This document shows positions 1 through 9,184 of a DNA stretch of 26,111 nt, in pieces. Within the stretch, counting starts at the first letter, position 1. Each line of letters begins with the position of its first letter. A program made the translations under genes and the position numbers. Source of the stretch: an uncultured bacterium (lineage in GTDB: Bacteria > CSSED10-310 > CAZUFC01); NCBI GenBank assembly GCA_964619725.1, contig CAZUFC010000110.1, positions 1 to 26,111 of the forward strand, read 5' to 3'. The notes beneath the pieces are model-generated. The model searched no databases. It was not told where the DNA came from and saw only the letters and a list, made by a program, of their open reading frames with translations.

Positions 1-614
1 TTCCGTATCAGGCTTGTCGGCATTGTTCTTCAGCCGCGGACTTTTATCACCTCGATTTCATGACCGCCAAAGACGCTTTATACGACCCCTCTTGTTCGCG
101 TGAATTCGTGATGTTTCGCGGACGAATAAAATGAAAACCACAGGCTCCGGAAATTATATGATATGAGCGGTTAAGCTCTGGATTTTTAATAGTTTTTTCG
201 ACAATGTATGTGCAGCAGATGAACGGTGACTGTGGAATTTTTCTGTCCGCGAATTTACGCGAATTTACGCGAAAAGAGACTGTGACATAAAGACTGAGGA
301 TATTGAATTCCCTTAAGCGTTCGCCATACCTTATCGTTTTCTGAATCGACCGTTTCCGTGTCAGGCTTGTCGGCATTGTTCTTCAGCCGCGGACTTTTAT
401 CACCTCGAGTTCATGACCGCCAGAGACGCTTTATACGATCCCTCTTGTTCGCGTGAATTCGTGATGTTTCGCGGACGAATAAAATGAAAACCACAGGCTC
501 CGGAAATTATATGATATGAGCGGTTAAGCTCTGGATTTTTAATAGTTTTTTCGACAATGTATGTGCAGCAGATGAACGGTGACTGTGGAATTTTTCTGTC
601 CGCGAATTTACGCG
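1..614. repeat. Direct duplication with 353-bp period: 1..261 repeated at 354..614 (4 mismatches); first copy cut by the window edge
   Basis: Manual alignment: ttccgtatcaggcttgtcgg... at 1 and ttccgtgtcaggcttgtcgg... at 354. The offset stays at 353 through ...gaatttacgcg (261/614). Substitutions near positions 7, 56, 70 and 86. Confidence 0.95.
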
Positions 615-623
615 GATAGACGC
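95..623. repeat. Four alternating ~29-bp imperfect inverted repeats (95-123, 245-273, 448-476, 598-623) built on a 10-bp CGCGAATTTA unit
   Basis: gtccgcgaatttacgcgaatttacgcgaa (245-273) reverse-complements to ttcgcgtaaattcgcgtaaattcgcggac, which resembles ttcgcgtgaattcgtgatgtttcgcggac (95-123 and 448-476). 598-623 is a diverged second copy of the 245-273 repeat. Confidence 0.8.
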
Positions 624-626
624 TTT

Positions 627-3239
627 TTATTCTTCGTATGCGAATTCTACTTCAGCGACATTGCTGACCAGAACCATTTCATTCTGTTGGAGCAGCGCTG
701 CATAGAAGTAAAGTCCGTCGGCGGCTCCGGAATTGGCGGGCCAGATAAAATCCAGAATGGTTTCTTGTCTGTTTTCGTCTGCGGCCAGGATGAGCGATTC
801 CCAGTCGGGTGTTTGACTCCATGAGGGATGGAAGAAGATCAGATCATAGACGACCAGGAGAATATACTGATTTACGGCGCGATTGCGCGAATCGTTCTGA
901 ATTTCAATTTCGAGGAGGAATTGATCATCGGGTTGAAAGATTTCCTGGTTCAGATGTAGTTGCACAAAGGGCAACGGCGGCGGCGTTGGCGTCACGGTAT
1001 GAAAAACTGTAGGCGAGGGCGGCAGCGTGGGTTCCTCGGTCGGTGAAGGTTCGGGGGTTTCGGTGGCGGTAGGCGAGAAGGTCGGGGTTTGTGTCGGCGA
1101 GTTTGTAGGCGATTCGGTCGGGGTCAGTGTAGGGGAGCTTGTGACGGTCGGGGTTGCGGATGAAGTGGGAATGGGCGTCGCTGTCGCGGGATACTGCACC
1201 AGAGTGTAGGTGTCCGGTTCAGGCAAAGGATCGCCGGGCGGCGGTTCTTCCTCGTTTCCCACGTTATCTGTTCCTATGGTGTAAAAATAATAAAGTCCCG
1301 GACCGCCTGTCATCCCAGTATCAAACGTGATCGGACTTTGTTGATACGCTCCCGGATAAAGCTGATAGGAGCCTCCCAGGTTGAAGCGATAATAAAGTTT
1401 TACGGAATCGATTCCGCTTCCCGTTTCAATTATGTTGAACGGTATGTCAAATTGTATTTCTTCTGTAACTGCAGGGAGTCCGTATGCGGCAGTGGAAGGA
1501 GCGGAAGCATCCTGCGTTGAACTCACCGTATCCGACCAATAACCGTAGAATCCTTCGGCGTGAGACCTGGCGCGATAAATATACGTCTCACCATCCTCCA
1601 GTCCGTTAAACTCATAGGACGTCTCCGTAATTAAACCGCTGTCCTGTATAGGCGGATCGAAATCATCTATGCCGCATTGAATCCTGTAACTCTCAGCAGT
1701 CGAAACCTCCTGCCAGCTCAATTCATTATCCGTACCCGGAGTAAAAAAGGGTTCATCATCTATTTCCGGGGGTTGCACGGGAAACCTCGTGTTTGAATAT
1801 ATCTGATTCGTTCCTGAGCGGGTGTCGGTCCAGGCAGCCGTCGCGAAAATGCCGACGTTTTCCCCTTTCCAGGAACACACCGAAACTCCTGGTATGATTT
1901 CATTGACGGAAGCGGCCATATCGCCTATATGCTCCACGGAACTCCAATTGTCCGGTTGAGTCAAAGGGCAACGGGAAAAGAAAAGATCGTTCGAGGTCGT
2001 ATGAGTCGAATCCGAGCTCCACCAAACGACGCGGAACGAACCGTTGGGATGCGAATCTGCAGTAATCTCAGGCCATCTTTCATCTTCTACGGTTCCCGCC
2101 AGCTCGATATCGCCGTACCATAAAGCTTCTGTAGTCCCTCCATCCAGAGTATAAGAGCGGTAAACGTCCGACTGTCCGCTTACGTGGTCTTTGACGTACA
2201 CCAAAGCCAGGTTGCCGTTCACTGACTGCTGCTGTTGCGCTGCAATCCTCGGATCATATTCTGAACGGCCTGAATCTGTTAATTGCCAGTGTCCCACTGA
2301 CCAGGAGACGCCGCGATCCGAACTGAATTTAAGGTAAACATCGAAGTCGCCGTTGTTCTGGTCGTCGAAAGCCCAGCAGCAATACAACCAGGAGTCTGCC
2401 TGCGCTCCCCAGCAGACATCCGCTCCTTCATTCGTCCAATCCCAGTTCGCCACATTAATATCGTAACTCCAGGACTCTCCCTTGTCGCTCGAATAAGCGC
2501 TTTCTATTATTCCATTTGTGTGATCATCGTATACTACATAGAGACGGTAAGGAGAGTATTGGTCTTGCGTCAAGCGCGGTTTGCGGTCGTCTTCGTCGTC
2601 CACGTCGATAACGCGGTAAACCGTGGTTTCATCCGGCAGCCTGATCCCGCATTCTATGCTGTGATTAGCCGGTCCGGAATAATCCTGCTCAAAAGCGACA
2701 AAAAGATAACCGTCATCAGCAGCGATTATGGATGGATTGCTGCAGTTATGGCTGCTGTTTCCGAAGCCCCATAACGATTGCCAGGTTTGTCCGTTGTCCA
2801 GTGAACGGTTGACCCATATGACGTCGGCTTCCCAGGGATCGTAATAAAATACGAATGCGCAATAGATGCGACCGTCCGGCCCTGTCGACAGAGACGGACT
2901 GAACGACTCAGATGATCCTGTCTGCACAGGAACGTTAGCCGCAAACCATCCCTCACTCGAATCCCGGCTTCCGCCGCATAACAGCGCCGCGCTCCTGTCC
3001 GTGTTCTCCCCCTGTTCATTTAGAGAAAAAATCGTCTCAATTGTCGAACTCCCCTGAGAAATCCTTAATCCGGATGCATCGGGAATTAATGTAACGCGCG
3101 ACGAAGTAACGTAACGGCAAGGCGACCCGTTTGCAGGCAATGCCCAAAACCCCAGAAAAATGACCAAAAACAAAAGTTTCTTCATCATTTTTGTTCGTCC
3201 GGTAAACTTGAAAGGCTGATATGAATAATAACGATTCAT
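627..3239 (-). CDS. Secreted BNR/Asp-box (sialidase-like) beta-propeller protein with FN3-like and Ig-like domains, Pro/Thr linker and shared C-terminal domain
   Basis: 870-aa ORF. Signal peptide MMKKLLFLVIFLGFWALPANG (alternative start ~3188; GGAG also precedes 3239). Asp-boxes SLDNGQTW, SSDKGESW, SSDRGVSW, TLDGGTT. FN3-like LSW...GLEDGETYIYRARS. PT linker ~976-1191; C-terminal domain 627-971. Confidence 0.8.
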   Translation of the reverse strand: MNRYYSYQPFKFTGRTKMMKKLLFLVIFLGFWALPANGSPCRYVTSSRVTLIPDASGLRISQGSSTIETIFSLNEQGENTDRSAALLCGGSRDSSEGWFAANVPVQTGSSESFSPSLSTGPDGRIYCAFVFYYDPWEADVIWVNRSLDNGQTWQSLWGFGNSSHNCSNPSIIAADDGYLFVAFEQDYSGPANHSIECGIRLPDETTVYRVIDVDDEDDRKPRLTQDQYSPYRLYVVYDDHTNGIIESAYSSDKGESWSYDINVANWDWTNEGADVCWGAQADSWLYCCWAFDDQNNGDFDVYLKFSSDRGVSWSVGHWQLTDSGRSEYDPRIAAQQQQSVNGNLALVYVKDHVSGQSDVYRSYTLDGGTTEALWYGDIELAGTVEDERWPEITADSHPNGSFRVVWWSSDSTHTTSNDLFFSRCPLTQPDNWSSVEHIGDMAASVNEIIPGVSVCSWKGENVGIFATAAWTDTRSGTNQIYSNTRFPVQPPEIDDEPFFTPGTDNELSWQEVSTAESYRIQCGIDDFDPPIQDSGLITETSYEFNGLEDGETYIYRARSHAEGFYGYWSDTVSSTQDASAPSTAAYGLPAVTEEIQFDIPFNIIETGSGIDSVKLYYRFNLGGSYQLYPGAYQQSPITFDTGMTGGPGLYYFYTIGTDNVGNEEEPPPGDPLPEPDTYTLVQYPATATPIPTSSATPTVTSSPTLTPTESPTNSPTQTPTFSPTATETPEPSPTEEPTLPPSPTVFHTVTPTPPPLPFVQLHLNQEIFQPDDQFLLEIEIQNDSRNRAVNQYILLVVYDLIFFHPSWSQTPDWESLILAADENRQETILDFIWPANSGAADGLYFYAALLQQNEMVLVSNVAEVEFAYEE

Positions 3240-3410
3240 CTATTCTCCGTTTCCTCTTTCGCGTGATCTTGTCATCAATGTTTCCCCTTAAATTGTTTGC
3301 CGATTCATTATAGCCCATATCCTCTTCCTTCGCAAATATCTCCTTTTCCTTATCAGCATTTGAAATACAGGCGCAAGTTTGATTTATTTCATAATTAAGC
3401 GCCGACAGGC

Positions 3411-3439
3411 TTGACAATCGGACAAAACGTAAGAAAAAT
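3411..3439 (+). promoter_or_regulatory. Possible sigma70-type promoter for the DUF523/DUF4388-FHA pair
   Basis: Perfect TTGACA at 3411, 17-nt spacer, weak -10 AAAAAT, in the divergent intergenic region. Confidence 0.3.
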
Positions 3440-3498
3440 GAAAGGAGATACTCATTAATTGAGAATCAGGAATCAGCTCGGAAAATCGGCGGTAAATT

Positions 3499-4035
3499 TT
3501 GAAAAAAATCGAATACAAGTCGGGGATCAGAGGAGAATGGAAAATTTTCTTCAGGGAGTGCAGCGTAATTCTGGTGAGCGCTTGTCTTCTGGGGAAAAAA
3601 TGCACTTTCAAAGGCGATCACAATCTGCGTCCACAACTTAAGCGGCTCGGAAGTATAATGAAGATCAAGGCTGTGTGTCCGGAGCAAATGGGAGGCCTGG
3701 CTACGCCGAGACCTCCATCTGAGATAGTTCAAGGTTCCGGCGAGGATGTATTGAACAAAAAAGCGTATGTAATCAACATTGAGAATCAGGACGTCACGGA
3801 AGAATTTATATTAGGAGCGCAGAAAACGTTGGAAACAGCGTTGAAAAACGACGTTAAACTGGCTGTTTTTAAAGCCAGAAGCCCGTCCTGCGGCTGCGGG
3901 GAAATTTATGACGGCACCCATTCCGGACGCTTAATCTCAGCAAACGGCGTGACGACAGCGCTGCTGAAGAGCCGTAACATTCGAGTGCTGACCGATGAGA
4001 ATTGGTTGGATAAATTCGGAGGTTTCATGGAATGA
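3499..4035 (+). CDS. DUF523/YbbK family protein (2-thiouracil desulfurase TudS-like, Fe-S)
   Basis: Motifs ILVSACLLG, VCPEQMGGLATPRPPSEI, DVTEEFILGA, KARSPSCG and GVTTALL. True start uncertain. Confidence 0.9.
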   Translation: MKKIEYKSGIRGEWKIFFRECSVILVSACLLGKKCTFKGDHNLRPQLKRLGSIMKIKAVCPEQMGGLATPRPPSEIVQGSGEDVLNKKAYVINIENQDVTEEFILGAQKTLETALKNDVKLAVFKARSPSCGCGEIYDGTHSGRLISANGVTTALLKSRNIRVLTDENWLDKFGGFME

Positions 4036-5270
4036 AACTGAAGAAAAAAGAGGGCAAGAAATTCGCTTTCAAGGGAATGCTGGACGTCATCAACATCGTG
4101 GATGTCTTCAATTTATTGCAGATGGGGAGAAAAACCGGTTGCCTGATCATCATCAGAGATGCTGAAACCAAATTCATTTATTTTCGCCAGGGTGACCTGG
4201 AATATGCCGAATCTAACCGTGACGACGAAAAGGTTTTCCTGAAACTGGAATCATATTTCGGCATTGAAATTTCCAAACTCCAGGAACTTTACCAAAAAAG
4301 CCTGGAGGAAAAGAAACCGTTTTTAAACATTCTGGTTGAAGAGGGGATAATCGAGGAATCAGAACAGGAAGAATACAATAAACGGATCATATCGGAGGAG
4401 CTTTACGATCTTTTTTTCTGGAATCAAGGAGAATTTGAGTTCATAGAAAACAAGGACTTGCCGGCAACCGCCATGCCGACTGAAATGCCGGTCACTCATC
4501 TGATTCTCGAAGGTATGCAGCTAGTGGATGAACTGCTGAGGGACGCGCCGGCGCTGAAACGGGGCGACATAGCTCTAAAATTGTCCCGAAAGCTTCCGAA
4601 TGAATTTGAAGAAATTACTTTCGATCGTAATCAGTGGTCGATATTGTCGATGCTGGACGGCTCGAAAACCATAAATGAGCTGCAATCCGAGCTTGCGGAC
4701 ATAGGAGATCGCGAATTTTACCATATTTTGAAGGATTTTATAGAAAAAGGTCTTGCGGTTCCCGTGGAAATGGGAGAGGAAGAGTCATTTGAAGGATCGG
4801 CAGAGGAGTCGGAAGAGGGATCGCCTGACGAATTGGGCCGCAAGACTTTAATATTCAATTTAAAGGAATCCTCAAGGCTGGATGAAGTTGAAACGTCGAA
4901 AGACGATCTGCAGGTAATACAACTGAATTATAAATTGATACAAATGGAAGAAAACGAAATCCTCCGGACTTTTCCTATTCCCGCTGAGAGTTTAATTCTG
5001 GGAAGGGGAGAAAATGCAGACGTTCGGCTTGAAAACGACCCCACGATATCGAGGGTTCATGCCCGCATCATAGCGGACGGGGACGGATATGCAGTCGAAG
5101 ACCTGAACTCAATAAACGGTATTTTCGTCAACGAGGAGAAAACCAAGTTCCAGAAATTGAAGGACGGGGACGTCATTCGAATCGGCAGGTATTCTTTTAT
5201 TTTTCAATCCGCTTATTTGCCTGCAAACAAATCCTATTCGAAAGAATCGGAGGACGAAGAGGAAGATTAA
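4032..5270 (+). CDS. DUF4388 (PATAN-like) domain protein with central winged-helix-like segment and C-terminal FHA domain
   Basis: N-terminal FKGMLDVINIVDVFNLLQMGRKTGCL...IYFRQG...LFFWNQGEFEF...LILEGMQLVDE. FHA motifs LGRG, ISRVHARI, EDLNSINGIFVN. ATGA overlap with the upstream gene. Confidence 0.85.
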   Translation: MKLKKKEGKKFAFKGMLDVINIVDVFNLLQMGRKTGCLIIIRDAETKFIYFRQGDLEYAESNRDDEKVFLKLESYFGIEISKLQELYQKSLEEKKPFLNILVEEGIIEESEQEEYNKRIISEELYDLFFWNQGEFEFIENKDLPATAMPTEMPVTHLILEGMQLVDELLRDAPALKRGDIALKLSRKLPNEFEEITFDRNQWSILSMLDGSKTINELQSELADIGDREFYHILKDFIEKGLAVPVEMGEEESFEGSAEESEEGSPDELGRKTLIFNLKESSRLDEVETSKDDLQVIQLNYKLIQMEENEILRTFPIPAESLILGRGENADVRLENDPTISRVHARIIADGDGYAVEDLNSINGIFVNEEKTKFQKLKDGDVIRIGRYSFIFQSAYLPANKSYSKESEDEEED

Positions 5271-5380
5271 AAATCGAATGCAGTAATTTGAACAATACGA
5301 CAAACAATCAGTCCTCATCAAGGACAGGAGCCGGCTTTAGAGTATAAGCCTTAATTGACGAACAGTTATGCAAATAATCA

Positions 5381-6535
5381 ATGAAAATGGGTGATTCTTC
5401 CATGCATAGAAAAAACCAGAACGCAACGAACCTGCAAATCAAAAAACTGGCTCATAATCTGACGACGAAGGTCGCCGGCATTGAGGCGGGAGAAACGATT
5501 CTCATCATAAGCCGTGAAGATACTTTAGCATTGGCTGAAGCCATTGCGACCGCCTCTATACATTACAATGCGGCTCCTCTGATTATGGTCGATTCTGATC
5601 GCGTTATAAGAGAAAAACTTCTCGAACTTCCGATTAAACAGCTTGAAAATATCCCTTTGCATCTTCTCGAGTTATGGAAGAATTCCGATGTGGTATTTTT
5701 TTTAAGGGCGACTGAGGAGAATCCGGGTATAATATCGAAAATACCGGAGAGGAAAATCCTTGCCGACCAGCTTTTGCTGCAGAAACTCATCCAATCTCAC
5801 GCCGAAAACAAAACGGGCAAAGTAAAGCTGATATATGTTTCTTATCCTTCAGAGCCTCAGGCGGAAGTATTCAACATTCCCTTCAAGGCTTATTGGGATA
5901 CATTTTGGAAAGCGGTGAATGTCGACACGAAAATTCTGAATCGCAAAGTCAAAGAGATATCGATGTGGTTTCGCAGAGCGGAAAAGGTTATTATCAATGA
6001 CTCTAACGGAACTTCATTGAGCGCATGCATAGGCAATTGTCCTATATTTCGTGAGGACGGATTTCCCGGGAAGAAGAATGAATTCGATAAGAGTTGGATA
6101 TGTCAGCAGCCGGGCGGAGAAATCAGGTTTACGCCTATTCCTGACAGTATTAACGGGAAGGTATTTGTGGATCAGATTTATTTCAGGGATCAGAGGATCA
6201 ATGCTCTGGAGTTTCAATTCATTAATGGGAGCGTTTACCCGGTTTCATCCGGTGAGGGATTTCGCAAGATACATGATTTTTTAAATCCTGATGAAGGCAA
6301 GAGTCAGATAATAACGGAATTCGGGATAGGATTAAATCCTGAGATCAAGCGATTTACAGGCAACATGTGGTATGACGTCAAGTCTTATGGCTCTGTACAT
6401 ATAGTATTTCGCCGAAAAAACGCTCTTGATGAAAGGAACAGGATAGACCTGGACCTGACGTTGTTTTTCAAGGATGCAGAAGTTTTGCTGGATGGAGAGG
6501 CCGTATTGAAGAACCGAAAATTCATAAAGGAATAG
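5381..6535 (+). CDS. Peptidase M29 (AmpS/AmpT thermophilic aminopeptidase) family protein, probably catalytically degenerate
   Basis: GETILI N-terminal domain; PGGEIRFTP, TEFGIGLNP and DVKSYGSVHI follow the M29 layout, but several ligand positions are altered. Confidence 0.75.
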   Translation: MKMGDSSMHRKNQNATNLQIKKLAHNLTTKVAGIEAGETILIISREDTLALAEAIATASIHYNAAPLIMVDSDRVIREKLLELPIKQLENIPLHLLELWKNSDVVFFLRATEENPGIISKIPERKILADQLLLQKLIQSHAENKTGKVKLIYVSYPSEPQAEVFNIPFKAYWDTFWKAVNVDTKILNRKVKEISMWFRRAEKVIINDSNGTSLSACIGNCPIFREDGFPGKKNEFDKSWICQQPGGEIRFTPIPDSINGKVFVDQIYFRDQRINALEFQFINGSVYPVSSGEGFRKIHDFLNPDEGKSQIITEFGIGLNPEIKRFTGNMWYDVKSYGSVHIVFRRKNALDERNRIDLDLTLFFKDAEVLLDGEAVLKNRKFIKE

Positions 6536-6790
6536 CTGCGTGGAGGAATGCGGCTGCGTAATGTAGCTGTTTCTCGACCGGATGCGCTTGCCGGCAGGAA
6601 GATTCCGCAGTTTGAAGAATAAACTTCATGATAAATCTTGAAGAACGGCTGATTTTTTAATAATAAAGAGTGTAGGGGATTGGTCCGCAAGAAGGATTCA
6701 ATCTCCGGCGAATTCTGCGAATCGTTTATGATTCCGGGAAAGCGAATGATTGGGTAGAAGAGCATAAAAGGCGTAAAGGGGAGTTGTTAA

Positions 6791-9088
6791 ATGTTTGTAA
6801 AGCATGGAAAGACTTTCATTAGTTTTCTTGTAATTTTACTTTTTCCGACGGTTGCGTTTTTTTCAGTGACGAAGGGAGCGGGCAGCATATCGGGATATAT
6901 ATTCGAGGAGGAATCGAGCGAACCGATAATGGGAATGGACATAGACATCTTTGACGGTGATTGGACGTTATGCGACGTACAGCCGTGGAGCGATTACACG
7001 GGATATTATATAGCGGAGGGTCTGGCGCCGGGAACTTATTATGTGCGAGCGCAGGCTCATTATCCTCAGCATTATCGCAATGAGTATTGGAATAATGCCT
7101 TTACGAAATCTGCTGCTTTACCGGTAACGGTGGAAGCGGATGAGGCTGTGACGGACATAAACATACGCATGGAGTTGGGCGCTTATCTGGGGGGGATAGT
7201 ACGTGAAATTTCGACTGAGAAGCCGCTGAGCGACGTGGATTTAGACGCCTTTGACGAAAACTGGAATAAAGTCGATGCGAATGCAGGCACAGACAGCGAC
7301 GGCATATTCTATTTAGGGGGACTACCGAGCGGCACGTATTATCTTATGGCGGATTTTGAGTATCCTCAGTATTGGGTCGATCAGTATTATGATCATTCTT
7401 CGGGTCCTCTACATGCTCTGCCGATCACGTTAACGGTTCCTTACGACAGGCTGAACCTGGTATTTGATGCATCGCCTGGAGGATACATAACAGGTTCTGT
7501 AAACGGCGGCGGCACAGCGTCTCCTGTTTCCGGAATTGAAATGCATGCGTATAACGGACAGATGCAGAAGATGCGGTTAGAAGCGAAGACAGATGCGGAA
7601 GGAGATTATATATTGGGGGCTTATGAGCCGGGGACATATTTTGTAAAGGCGAATCCGAGGTATCCGGAGCCTTATCTTGATCAGTATTATGACGGGGTTT
7701 ATTATCCTGATCAAGCGACGCCGTTATCCGTCAGTTCTTATCAGGACAGGGCAGACATAAATTTTACGTTGGAACCGGGGAATTACATTCTGGGTACGGT
7801 AGTAGATTCGACGAACGAATCCGTTATTCCAGAGATCAAGGTAAAGGGATACGATCCGGCCTGGAGAGAACTTCCGAATGTTCAAGACTGGACGAACGAA
7901 GACGGTTTATACGTAATCGGGGCGTTTTCGGCAGGAAGTTACTATGTAAAGGCAGTGCCGGTGTATCCTCAGCCCTACATTGATGAATACTATGACGACA
8001 CTCTGGAAAGAGAGGAAGCCGTTACTGTGGAAGTTACGCCGGATAGTCCTGTGACGGGCATCGATTTTGCCCTGGACAGAGGTTCATACATGCTGGGCAA
8101 AATTTCCGACGAGCAGAGCGGCCTGGGGATATCCGATGTGGACGTGGATATCTGGGACCAGGATTGGGAATGGGTCCCTCTGGATACGAAAACAAACTCC
8201 TCCGGGGATTACATTTTCGGCGCCATGTCTGCTGGGGACTATTATATTCAGGCTGATCCGGCTAACGCTTCCGGCTATATCTGCGAATTCTGGGACGACA
8301 GTTTTTTCAAAAATGCAGCGGACCTTATAAACGTTACCCTCGAACAGGATACGACAGGCATCGATTTCGAGTTGAAGATCGGGGGACAATTCAGGGGCGA
8401 AATTACCAATGCCTTTTCAGGGAATCCCGTTGAAAATATTCCCGTCAGGGTTTTCGATCCGCAATGGAATGATCTCCCCGTCAATCTGAGTTTTTCGGAT
8501 CATGACGGGTCTTACCTGTCCCCAGGCTTGCCTGACGGTTATTATTACGTCAAAGCGGAACCGGAATCGGGGCAACCCTACGAAGAGCAGTATTATCCGT
8601 TTTCCGATGACAGAGAAAATGCCGAAACGGTAAGTGTAACCGAACAGAGTATGCTCCAGGATATTGATTTTTCATTGATACCCACGGGAGAACCGACGCC
8701 GACGCCTACGCTGTCTCTGGGCGTCGAACTGGATATATCTAAAAATCTTTTTCAACCTTCGGACACATTCTATCTTAATGCAATCCTGAAAAATCCCGGA
8801 GCATTAATGACCCGCGTACCGCTTTTCGTGGTTTTAGAAGTTTATGAACACTACTGGTTCTGGCCTGCCTGGAAATATTTCCATCCTCCCGAATCGTCAC
8901 AGATTGATTTTGACTATGTGAACGTGGAGACCGGAGTAAACAGCGTAACCGTTATCGAACCGTTTCCCTGGCCGCAGGATGCGGGCGGGCCGGCCTATGA
9001 GCTTCATTTCTTCGGCGCCATGCTTAATTCCGATTTCTCCGAACCGCTGGGCGATATCGGGAGTGTGGAATGGGGATACGAGCCATAA
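6791..9088 (+). CDS. Secreted protein with six carboxypeptidase-regulatory-like (Cna-B/prealbumin-fold) repeats, short PT linker and shared C-terminal domain
   Basis: Hydrophobic N-terminus. Six ~100-aa repeats starting GSISG, GAYLGG, GGYITG, GNYILG, GSYMLG and GGQFRG, each with G.Y....L..G.YYV.A and [EQ]Y[YW]D-like motifs. C-terminal domain 8717-9088. GGGAG RBS upstream. Confidence 0.85.
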   Translation: MFVKHGKTFISFLVILLFPTVAFFSVTKGAGSISGYIFEEESSEPIMGMDIDIFDGDWTLCDVQPWSDYTGYYIAEGLAPGTYYVRAQAHYPQHYRNEYWNNAFTKSAALPVTVEADEAVTDINIRMELGAYLGGIVREISTEKPLSDVDLDAFDENWNKVDANAGTDSDGIFYLGGLPSGTYYLMADFEYPQYWVDQYYDHSSGPLHALPITLTVPYDRLNLVFDASPGGYITGSVNGGGTASPVSGIEMHAYNGQMQKMRLEAKTDAEGDYILGAYEPGTYFVKANPRYPEPYLDQYYDGVYYPDQATPLSVSSYQDRADINFTLEPGNYILGTVVDSTNESVIPEIKVKGYDPAWRELPNVQDWTNEDGLYVIGAFSAGSYYVKAVPVYPQPYIDEYYDDTLEREEAVTVEVTPDSPVTGIDFALDRGSYMLGKISDEQSGLGISDVDVDIWDQDWEWVPLDTKTNSSGDYIFGAMSAGDYYIQADPANASGYICEFWDDSFFKNAADLINVTLEQDTTGIDFELKIGGQFRGEITNAFSGNPVENIPVRVFDPQWNDLPVNLSFSDHDGSYLSPGLPDGYYYVKAEPESGQPYEEQYYPFSDDRENAETVSVTEQSMLQDIDFSLIPTGEPTPTPTLSLGVELDISKNLFQPSDTFYLNAILKNPGALMTRVPLFVVLEVYEHYWFWPAWKYFHPPESSQIDFDYVNVETGVNSVTVIEPFPWPQDAGGPAYELHFFGAMLNSDFSEPLGDIGSVEWGYEP

Positions 9089-9184
9089 AAACCGTTCGCG
9101 AAATAAAAACCGGTTTTATCCGACCTTTTTTGAGCGGCAGGGACTGATAAGCTTTCAAACTTCAGCAAAAGATCAAGAGATGAT

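Noticed and set aside
47-376. 109-aa ORF inside the duplication
   Set aside because: No recognisable motif, and it spans the repeat junction; likely spurious.
1-614. CRISPR array
   Set aside because: The repeats alternate in orientation, the intervening segments are 121-174 bp and are themselves duplicated, and no cas genes are present.
3037-3732. Several short ORFs in and around the divergent intergenic region
   Set aside because: They overlap better-supported genes and have no recognisable motifs.
9103-9131. Intrinsic terminator after the 765-aa gene
   Set aside because: The ataaaaaccggttttat near-palindrome is AT-rich with essentially no loop and is separated from the T-run; too weak to call.
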